Shown here: one piece after another, positions 57,026-64,000 of the stretch | How the letters are laid out: each line of letters begins with the position of its first letter | How positions within the stretch are numbered: the first letter of the stretch is position 1 | Translations under genes and position numbers: made by a program | NCBI GenBank assembly: GCA_963744995.1 | Contig: CAVUWA010000011.1 | Span: forward strand, 128,001-192,000 | Length of the DNA: 64,000 nt | Source: Candidatus Eiseniibacteriota bacterium | GTDB taxonomy: Bacteria > Eisenbacteria > RBG-16-71-46 | Reading direction: 5' to 3' | Notes under the pieces: generated by a model | Seen by the model: the letters and a program-made list of their open reading frames with translations, nothing else | Told to the model about the DNA's origin: nothing | Databases searched by the model: none

Positions 57026-58444
57026 ATGTCCGATGCTCTTCCGCTCATCCGCAGGGTCCGGCTGCGCGAGCCGGCCGACGCGCTGCAGGCGATCGCCCAC
57101 CTGCCGTACCCGTTCCTGCTGCACTCGTCGCTCGAGGACGAGCGATCGCGCTGGTCGTTCTTCGGCGCCGACCCGTTCTTCGTCCAGCGCGGCGGCGACG
57201 AGCGCGGGCTCGTCGAGCGTTTTCGCGCGATTGCGGCGGCCGAGCGCGCAGCGGAGCAGCGTCCGGGCGTCGTGCCGTTTACCGGCGGCGCGGTGGGCTA
57301 CTGGGCCTACGACTACGGGCGCCGTCTCGAGCGCATCCCCAGGATCGCCGCCGACGACCTGCACCTGCCGGACTTCGTCGTCGGTTTCTACGACGTCGTC
57401 GGCGCGTTCGATCACCAGGGCCGTGAGGCGTGGCTGTACTCGAGCGGCCTGCCGCACGCCGAGGTGTCGCGGGCCGAACACGCGCAGCGGCGCCTCGACA
57501 AGTTCGAGTGGCTGTTCGCGGAGGCGCCCGAGGGCGCGGTGCGGCTCTCCGACGACGAGTCCGCCCTGCCGGCGCGCTCGAACTTCACCCCCGACGACTA
57601 CCGGCGCACGATCGTGCGCGTGCAGGACCACATCCGCGCCGGCGACATCTTCCAGGCCAACCTGTCGCAGCGCTGGACCATGCCGCTCGGCTTCGCCACC
57701 CCGGCGGCGCTGGGCCTCTCGCTCCACGACGCGCTGGGGCGGCGCTCGCCGGCGCCGTTTGGCGCGTACTTCGGCGCACAGGACCACGCCATCGTCTCGG
57801 CGAGCCCCGAGCGCTTTCTCGAACTGCGCGGGCGGCGCGTCGAAACCCGGCCGATCAAGGGCACCCGGCCGCGCAGCGGCGACCCCGCGCGCGACGCGGC
57901 CCTGCGCGAGGAGCTGCTGACCAGCGGCAAGGACCGCGCGGAGAACGTGATGATCGTGGACGTGCTGCGTAACGACCTCGGCCGCGTGTGCGAGACGGGC
58001 ACGGTGCGGACGCCGTCGCTGTGCCAGCTCGAAACGTATCCACAGGTGTTCCACCTGACCTCGACCGTGACCGGCGAGCTGCGCGCCGACCTCGACGCGT
58101 TCGACCTGCTGCGGGCGTGCTTTCCGGGCGGTTCGATCACGGGTGCGCCGAAGATCCGTGCGATGCAGATCCTCGAAGCGCTCGAGCCCGTGCGGCGCCA
58201 CGTCTACACCGGCAGCGTCGGCTACGTGGACTGGCGCGGCGACGCGGACTGGAACATCGCGATCCGCACCGCCATCGTCACGCCGCAAGCGCTGCACTTC
58301 GCCGCGGGCGGCGGGATCACGGCCGACTCCGATCCCGACGCCGAATACCAGGAGACGCTCGACAAGGCCGAGGGCATGCGCGTCGCGCTCGAGACGCTGT
58401 TCGGCCCCGTGACGCTCGTGCCGGCCGCGGTGCCGCACCCGTGA
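57026..58444 (+). CDS. pabB: Aminodeoxychorismate synthase component I
   Basis: SASPERF, PIKGT (Lys diagnostic versus TrpE PIAGT), AENVMIVDVLRND, FPGGSITGAPK, NIAIRT. Confidence 0.88.
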   Translation: MSDALPLIRRVRLREPADALQAIAHLPYPFLLHSSLEDERSRWSFFGADPFFVQRGGDERGLVERFRAIAAAERAAEQRPGVVPFTGGAVGYWAYDYGRRLERIPRIAADDLHLPDFVVGFYDVVGAFDHQGREAWLYSSGLPHAEVSRAEHAQRRLDKFEWLFAEAPEGAVRLSDDESALPARSNFTPDDYRRTIVRVQDHIRAGDIFQANLSQRWTMPLGFATPAALGLSLHDALGRRSPAPFGAYFGAQDHAIVSASPERFLELRGRRVETRPIKGTRPRSGDPARDAALREELLTSGKDRAENVMIVDVLRNDLGRVCETGTVRTPSLCQLETYPQVFHLTSTVTGELRADLDAFDLLRACFPGGSITGAPKIRAMQILEALEPVRRHVYTGSVGYVDWRGDADWNIAIRTAIVTPQALHFAAGGGITADSDPDAEYQETLDKAEGMRVALETLFGPVTLVPAAVPHP

Positions 58445-59424
58445 GCGGGCGCGGGCCGCGCGGGCGGGCGGCGCGCTCCGGCGGGCGAGCCATGCGAGAT
58501 CCCGGCACCGGCGATCCGCGCGGGACGTCCGGCGTCTCGCGCGGCGGGCGCACACCGCGCTGGACCGACCGCGACGACCCGCGCGCCCCCGCGCGGCCGG
58601 TGTGGGTGAACGGCCGCGTGTGCCGTGGCGTCGACGCCGCACTCTCGCTGTTCGATCGTGGTGCCCGCGACGGGCTCGGACTCATCGAGACCGTGCGCGT
58701 GGAGGGACGCCGCCCGCTCGAGTGGCACGGGCACCTCGAACGCCTGGTGCTCGCCGCGGCCGAGCTCGGGTATCCGGTGCCGCCGCCGCCGCGCGCGCTG
58801 GCTTCCGCCGTCGCCGAACTGCTGGAGGCCGCGGCGCTCGACGACGCCGCGGTCCGCATCACCGTCACGCGCGGCATCGAGGGCCTGCGCCCGGGCCGTC
58901 CCGGCTGCTGGATCGACGCGCAGCCGCTCACCGCCCGGCTGTGGCGCGGCACGCGTGCCGGTGCGGCGCGCGCGGTCTTCTCGCGTCGCCCGTTCGCGCC
59001 CGGGCCGTGGGGTGCGTACAAGACCACCTCGCGCATGGCGTACCAGCAGGCGAGCGACGAGGCGCGGATCGCGCGGGCCGACGAAGCGCTGCTGGTCACC
59101 GCCGACGGCGAGGTGCTGGAGGGTGCGACGAGCAACGTGTTCGCGCTGATCGGCGGCGAGGTCGTCACGCCGCCGCTCACGAGCGGCATCCTCCCCGGCG
59201 TCACCCGCGCGACCGTGCTGCGGCTGTGCGGCTCGCTCGGCATCGTCACCCGTGAGCGCCCGCTCCATCGCGACGCGCTGCTGCGTGCGCGCGAGGCGTT
59301 CGTCACCAACGCGGTGCAGCAGGTCGTCCCGCTCGCGGCACTCGACGGCGCGGAGCTCCCCGGCCGCGAGAGCGGGACGCGGCTGCTCGCGGCATATCGG
59401 GCACACCTCGGCGCTCCGGCCTGA
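58441..59424 (+). CDS. Class IV aminotransferase / 4-amino-4-deoxychorismate lyase (PabC-like)
   Basis: FDRG, ETVR, HLERL, YKTTS (PLP Lys), EGATSNVF, ILPGVTR, FVTNA; start 58441 (GTGA overlap) or 58492. Confidence 0.85.
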   Translation: MSGRGPRGRAARSGGRAMRDPGTGDPRGTSGVSRGGRTPRWTDRDDPRAPARPVWVNGRVCRGVDAALSLFDRGARDGLGLIETVRVEGRRPLEWHGHLERLVLAAAELGYPVPPPPRALASAVAELLEAAALDDAAVRITVTRGIEGLRPGRPGCWIDAQPLTARLWRGTRAGAARAVFSRRPFAPGPWGAYKTTSRMAYQQASDEARIARADEALLVTADGEVLEGATSNVFALIGGEVVTPPLTSGILPGVTRATVLRLCGSLGIVTRERPLHRDALLRAREAFVTNAVQQVVPLAALDGAELPGRESGTRLLAAYRAHLGAPA

Positions 59425-59597
59425 CGATTCGGGTCGCCTCCTGCCGCGCCCCCGCCCCCGCGCCGGCCGACCCGTCAGAACGCCTGCCACGGGCGAGCGC
59501 GTGCGTGTTGCCCCAACCGTGGTGGGAAAGACCCGGCCGCGGCGCCCGCGCGACGCTCGAATTCACTGAAACACGGTGATTTGCGGGCCGATCCATC

Positions 59598-59613
59598 TGG
59601 CACGGGGAGTGCT
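59598..59613 (+). promoter_or_regulatory. Sigma54-type -24/-12 promoter (TGGCACG-GGGA-GTGCT)
   Basis: One mismatch to TGGCACG-N4-TTGCW; IHF-like AT-rich site about 15-30 nt upstream. Confidence 0.6.
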
Positions 59614-59706
59614 CTCTTATGGATGTGGCGCGCCGCCGGCCAGCCGGCCCGCGCTTCGCAACGCTCCCCTGCACGGCCGGACCGCACGCGGTCCGACGGA
59701 GAGACG

Positions 59707-61089
59707 ATGGACCTCAAGGGCGGACGCCTCGAGTTTCTGGTGCCGCATCTGCTTCGCGGTCAGATGCTGCGGCGGGGCTTCGTCCGCGCGAGCCTGCGCC
59801 TCGGGGTCACGCAGCAGATGCCGCCGTGGGCCAAGCTGCAGTTCCTGCACGCGGGGGTCTCACGCAAGGATCTCGACGCGGTGCTGCGCCGGATCCGCAA
59901 CCTCGCCTCGTGGGTGGACGAGTGGGAATCGCTCGGCCGCACGCACGAGCAGGCCGGCCAGGACGCCGAACGGCTTGGCGACCTCGCCGGCGCCGCGGCG
60001 CACTACAAGGCCGCGTCCGCCGCCTACAATTTCGCCCAGTACGTCGTGTTCATGGACGTGGACCGCAAGCGCCATCTGCACCGCTCGTGCGTGCGCGCCT
60101 ACGCGAAGGCCGCGCCACTGTTCGAGATACCCGCCGAGCCGTTCGAGGTGATCTACCGGCGGCGCCCGATGCGGGGCTACCTGCGTATGCCACCGGGCCC
60201 GCGCCCCTGCCCCGTCGTGGTGATGTTCAACGGCACCAACGCGGTGAAGGAAGAACTGCACTGGTGGTCGGAAGAGATGCTCGACCGCGGTGTGGCGACC
60301 ATCACGTTCGACGGCCCGGGCATGGGGCAGACCTTCCACCGGCTCTCGATGGTCGCGGAGCCGCGACCCGTGGGCACGGCGATCCTGGACGAGATCGAGA
60401 CGCGGCCCGAGCTGGACCCCGGCGCCGTGGTGTTCTTCGGCATGAGCCTCGGCGGGTACATGGCGATCCGCATGGCGTCGCACGAGAAGCGCATCCGCGC
60501 CGTCGCCGCGGTGAGCCCCCCGTACTCGGCCAGCATCTACTGGCGCGTGACGCTCGCCGGGATGCGTCGCGAGCTGGCGGCGCTCTACGGCATCGAGGAG
60601 AACGCCATGACCGAGGTCGTCGACCGCATCACCCTCGACGACGTGCTCGCCGATCTCGATTGCCCGCTGATGGTCGCGGGCGGTGGACACGACTTCATCA
60701 CGCCCGGCACGGAAGCGTGGCGCATCTTCGAGGGCGCGCGCTGCGAGCGCGAGATCGTGTACTACCCGCGCGGCGCACACGACTGCTTCAACGTCCTGAG
60801 CGACCTGCGGCCGCGCATGATGAACTGGCTCGCGCGCCATCTCGAGCGACATCGCAGCCGCCCGGTGAGCGGGCACATGGCGAACGGCACGCCGGTGCGC
60901 GAATTCTCGTGGCGCGCCGCCGATGCCGTGGATCCGGACTTCGCCGACGCGCTGCGCGGCGAGATTTCGCGCGTGCAGTGGCACGCTCCTTCGCAGCAGG
61001 CGCTGCCGGCGCAGTGGCAGCTGCCGTGGCGCCGCAACGGCAAGGCCAGGATCGAGGTCGTCTACCGCCGCGCGACCGCGGCCGTCTGA
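59707..61089 (+). CDS. Alpha/beta hydrolase (FrsA/2,6-dihydroxypseudooxynicotine hydrolase-like) with C-terminal extension
   Basis: FDGPGMG, GMSLGG nucleophile elbow, GGHD, GAH. Confidence 0.82.
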   Translation: MDLKGGRLEFLVPHLLRGQMLRRGFVRASLRLGVTQQMPPWAKLQFLHAGVSRKDLDAVLRRIRNLASWVDEWESLGRTHEQAGQDAERLGDLAGAAAHYKAASAAYNFAQYVVFMDVDRKRHLHRSCVRAYAKAAPLFEIPAEPFEVIYRRRPMRGYLRMPPGPRPCPVVVMFNGTNAVKEELHWWSEEMLDRGVATITFDGPGMGQTFHRLSMVAEPRPVGTAILDEIETRPELDPGAVVFFGMSLGGYMAIRMASHEKRIRAVAAVSPPYSASIYWRVTLAGMRRELAALYGIEENAMTEVVDRITLDDVLADLDCPLMVAGGGHDFITPGTEAWRIFEGARCEREIVYYPRGAHDCFNVLSDLRPRMMNWLARHLERHRSRPVSGHMANGTPVREFSWRAADAVDPDFADALRGEISRVQWHAPSQQALPAQWQLPWRRNGKARIEVVYRRATAAV

Positions 61090-61109
61090 GCGCCGCGGCC
61101 GGGCGGCAC

Positions 61110-61829
61110 TCAGCCGCTCCAGGCCTGCCGCGCCCCCTGCATCGCGAAGCTCTGCTTCTGCCGGTACATGCGATCGTCCGCCTGGTCGAGCAGGTGCCCG
61201 GCGGTCGACGTGCCGTCCCACACCACCACGCCGAGGCTCACGTGCGAGCTCTTCGGCGAGCGGTCCGTGAAGGTCCGGGCGACGCGCTCGGCGATCACGT
61301 CCGCGCCGCGGCGGTCCGCCGAGACGATCATCACGAATTCGTCGCCGCCGACGCGGTAGGCGCCGTCGCTGCCGAGCCGCGAGCACGAGCGCAGCACCGC
61401 GCCGAGAATGCGCAACGTCTCGTCGCCGCTCGCGTGGCCGTAGTCGTCGTTGAGCGTCTTGAGCGCGTCCACGTCCATGTAGATCAGCGCCACCGGCTCG
61501 GAGATGCGCGCGGCGTAGCGCAGGCGCAGATCGAGATCGCGCTCGAATGCGCGGCGGTTGCCAAGACCGGTGAGCGGGTCGGTGAGCGTGAGCGCCTCCA
61601 GCTGTTCGACGTGACGCCGGGCGACGCGCTGTTCGCGCGCGATCAGCGTGACGATCCAGCCGCCGAGCAGAAGGATGATCGACGAGCTCAGCGCCTCGCG
61701 CAGATAGGGCGTGCTCGAGGGCGGCGGCAGCAGGGCAACGAGCCACGGCAGGACCACGAGCGCGGCGAGCAGGATCACCGGAACGACGAGGATCCGCCCG
61801 GGGCGCGACACGCCTCTCGCCGGCTGCAT
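61110..61829 (-). CDS. Membrane-bound diguanylate cyclase (2 TM + GGDEF)
   Basis: TDPLTGLGNRR, DVDALKTLNDDYGHASGD, RVGGDEF. Confidence 0.92.
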   Translation of the reverse strand: MQPARGVSRPGRILVVPVILLAALVVLPWLVALLPPPSSTPYLREALSSSIILLLGGWIVTLIAREQRVARRHVEQLEALTLTDPLTGLGNRRAFERDLDLRLRYAARISEPVALIYMDVDALKTLNDDYGHASGDETLRILGAVLRSCSRLGSDGAYRVGGDEFVMIVSADRRGADVIAERVARTFTDRSPKSSHVSLGVVVWDGTSTAGHLLDQADDRMYRQKQSFAMQGARQAWSG

Positions 61830-62012
61830 CCTGCGCTCGTTCAGGCGGCACCTCGCTCGTGACGGATGCTGCGCCCGCAGCCCTGCGGGCGCGGATTCGA
61901 GTTCGACCGCGGGACGATACGCCGCGCGCGAAACGCCGGTCAACGAATGCGGCCGCGGCCGGCCGCCGGACCTGCTGCATTCCCGGCGGGGCGGCCGGCA
62001 CGGAGCAAAGCA

Positions 62013-62042
62013 GAACCGGGGGCGCGGATGCGCCCCCGGTTC
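62013..62042 (-). terminator. Terminator-like hairpin after the secreted protein gene
   Basis: GAACCGGGGGCGC-N4-GCGCCCCCGGTTC, followed by TGCTTTG on the minus strand. Confidence 0.65.
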
Positions 62043-62070
62043 GGGTCGGCCTCTCGTTGGCCGGACGGGA

Positions 62071-62988
62071 TCAGCGATAGATCGACTTCACCTGTCCCCA
62101 CGAGGCCGGCGTCGTCTTCGTCGAACCGCAGTGGCCCGGGCCGGTGACGCCGTTGTTCCAGTCGTCGAGCGACTGCGTCAGCGCGCTGGTCGCGCCCGGC
62201 GCCAGGTAGTCGCCGCCGACCGGCGGAACCACCAGGCCGCCGATCAGCGCGTCGGCCGCCGCGACGTCCGCGGCGACGCCGCTCGGATCGGCGCCGAACG
62301 CCAGGTTCAGCTTCGCCGCGATCAGCTGGTGCGCGAGGATGATCAGACCATTGCCACCCGCCGGCGTGTTGAGGATGTCGAGCAGCTGCGCCTGCGTGTA
62401 GTTCACGGTGCCCAGCGTCAGGTTCAGCACCGGCCAGTCACCGGGGTGAGTCTTCCAGTAGCCCTGCGTGTACGTGCAGTTGTTGTCGATCGTCGAGCCG
62501 ACGACGTTCGACGAGTAGGCGCTCGCGGTGACGGAACCGCCGTCGCCGAGGGCCCAGGCACAGAACACGTACTCGACGCCCGGCTCGAGCTCGGTGAGCG
62601 CGAGCGTGTTGGTCTGCGTGAGGCCGGTTTCGTCGAACAGATCGCCGATCTCGATCTTCGCAGTCTGGTTCGGAGCCAGCGCGAAGCTCGTCAGCGTGCC
62701 GCCCCACGTGTTGAGGGTGGGCGTGCCGGTGAAGTACACGGCGGCCTGGAGCTGGTTGCCCGACGGGAACCATTGCTGGCCGACCGCGTCGAAGGTGGAC
62801 TTCTTCATCCACCAGAGCGTGAAGCCGTTGGGCGCGCCCGAGGGGCCCGCGGTGACATCGACCACCCATTTGGCCTTGCCGGCGCCGACGCTGCTCACGT
62901 CGGGGGTGTCGAGCTGAGCGAATGCGACGAGGGGAATCGACAGCGCCGTCAGCACGACGACGGCAGGAAACAGGTAGCGCTTGAACAT
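62071..62988 (-). CDS. Secreted protein (FN3-like beta region, TQGYWK motif, C-terminal SWGQVKSIYR motif)
   Basis: Signal peptide ending AFA; LEPGVEYVF; CTYTQGYWKTH; QLIAAKLN; GGAGG RBS. Confidence 0.75.
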   Translation of the reverse strand: MFKRYLFPAVVVLTALSIPLVAFAQLDTPDVSSVGAGKAKWVVDVTAGPSGAPNGFTLWWMKKSTFDAVGQQWFPSGNQLQAAVYFTGTPTLNTWGGTLTSFALAPNQTAKIEIGDLFDETGLTQTNTLALTELEPGVEYVFCAWALGDGGSVTASAYSSNVVGSTIDNNCTYTQGYWKTHPGDWPVLNLTLGTVNYTQAQLLDILNTPAGGNGLIILAHQLIAAKLNLAFGADPSGVAADVAAADALIGGLVVPPVGGDYLAPGATSALTQSLDDWNNGVTGPGHCGSTKTTPASWGQVKSIYR

Positions 62989-63380
62989 GGTGATGCCTCC
63001 GAGGATCACGAGGTGTTGCGCCTGAGATGCGCCGCTGAAACGGGAACGGTTCGGTCTCTGCGGCTCGGAAGCGCTGCTGACTCTCTCTGGAGACTTGCGG
63101 CGCCCGGTTGTGGGAATGGGGGTTCCCACGCAGCCAGCTGTTGGTAGGATGACATGGCGTGGAGCGTGACTCAAGCGATGATTTCAATGAAACCCTTGGC
63201 ATCGTGTCGGTTAGCCGTCCGGAGTTTGCTGATTGAAAACGCTGCGCAGGCACGCCCTCGCGGAATCCGGAACATCTCGAACACCGGGTGACGCCGCGCG
63301 CGGCTGCGCACGGGACGGGGACCTGCTACTATCGCCGCGCGTTTCTCCACTCGCCCCCGGGATCTCCGAGGAGCCTCGCC

Positions 63381-63854
63381 ATGCCAGAAGTTCAAGCAGG
63401 ACCACGTGTTCGGCCTCTCGATGAGCTCGACCTCGGCGCCATCACCCGCATCGACGAGCGGATCGGCGGGAGGTACCGGCCTGAGATCTGGGAGGATCGC
63501 GTGGGCTACTACCTGCGGCGCGACCCGGACGCATCCCAGGTGGTCGAGGTCGACGGCGCGGTGGTCGGATTCATGATGGGTGACATTCGCAATGGAGAAT
63601 TCGGCATCGAAGAACCCAGTGGATGGATCGAGCGCTTCGGCATCGACCCCGACTTCCGCGGCCGCGACCTCGGCAAATACCTGTTCGCGGCGGTCACGGC
63701 CCATTTCGGCGAACAGGGCGTCCGCACCGTGCGCACGCTCGTGAGCGAGAAGGACAAGGGCGTATCGGGTTTCCTCGAGGCCATGGGGTTCCAGCCTTCT
63801 CCGCTCCGGGCGCTCGAGCTGTCGCTGCCCCCGTCCACATCCGCAAAGGCATGA
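63381..63854 (+). CDS. GNAT family N-acetyltransferase
   Basis: VVGFMMG, GIDPDFRGRDLG acetyl-CoA loop, FLEAMGF; GAGGAG RBS; TGcTACTAT extended -10 at 63324-63332. Confidence 0.85.
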   Translation: MPEVQAGPRVRPLDELDLGAITRIDERIGGRYRPEIWEDRVGYYLRRDPDASQVVEVDGAVVGFMMGDIRNGEFGIEEPSGWIERFGIDPDFRGRDLGKYLFAAVTAHFGEQGVRTVRTLVSEKDKGVSGFLEAMGFQPSPLRALELSLPPSTSAKA

Positions 63855-64000
63855 CGATGAAGGTCGAAAACATCGTTCTCGAAAAGAAGTATCACGACGC
63901 CGTGGAACACTGGCGCCGTCACAATCTCAAGGACTACGACCTCCTCCTCAAGAACTGGGAGAAGTTCTTCCCCAAGGACGAACCGTTCTGCCTGTGCGCG
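63851..64000 (+). CDS. Hypothetical protein, 3' truncated by window edge
   Basis: ATGA overlap with GNAT stop; open GC3-rich frame MTMKVENIVLEKKYHDAVEHW... Confidence 0.65.
   Translation, partial: MTMKVENIVLEKKYHDAVEHWRRHNLKDYDLLLKNWEKFFPKDEPFCLCA

Noticed and set aside
53437..58444. Phenazine biosynthesis cluster (PhzF + chorismate-utilising enzyme)
   Set aside because: The chorismate enzyme has the PabB PIKGT motif and a PabC-like partner; no PhzA/B, D, E or G homologs
7805..58642. ORF-track N-terminal extensions (kinase to 11275, M32 to 13912, MscS from 11156, SppA to 40882, deaminase to 58642)
   Set aside because: Extensions overlap other real genes; internal starts have an RBS or stop/start overlap
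59567..59593. TGAAAC-N16-CGATC as a third site for the ECF promoter motif
   Set aside because: One mismatch, and it overlaps the IHF-like site of a stronger sigma54 candidate; cannot be distinguished from chance
1..64000. Many long alternative-frame and antisense ORFs (e.g. 576..2444+, 7949..10597+, 26373..28652+, 37640..40762+, 59619..61862+)
   Set aside because: Arg/Ala/Pro-rich shadow ORFs expected in very GC-rich DNA; they overlap genes with clear family motifs

Overview
64 kb of chromosomal DNA from a very GC-rich diderm bacterium. It encodes several outer-membrane beta-barrels, lipoproteins, DsbD and an AmpG-like transporter. A secreted protein ending in ...SWGQVKSIYR suggests the Candidatus Eisenbacteria/Krumholzibacteria/Latescibacteria neighbourhood (inference only). 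About 55 genes or gene remnants are supported, mostly envelope, proteolysis, redox, repair and signalling functions: three ECF sigma modules, two retropepsin-PDZ paralogs, tandem MscS, DsbD plus an apparently exported YyaL, an Mre11/Rad50-like pair, nth-sppA and pabB-pabC. The clearest unexplained structure is a visibly less GC-rich island at about 47440-52600. It is an integron-type gene-cassette array on the minus strand, with six attC sites that I could fold by eye and whose cassette ends match pairwise. No integron integrase is present in the window (CALIN-like), and the array shows decay (mutated R boxes, frameshifted cassettes). Other candidates are twin back-to-back ECF promoters, three sigma54-type promoters, SppA fused to a barrel-like domain, a split DUF5686-like pair, an anti-sigma with LolA-like and SecDF-head-like domains, and a CTG start codon. 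I saw no rRNA, tRNA, CRISPR array or transposase. All product calls come from motif recognition, not database searches, and start codons were chosen by RBS or overlap logic.
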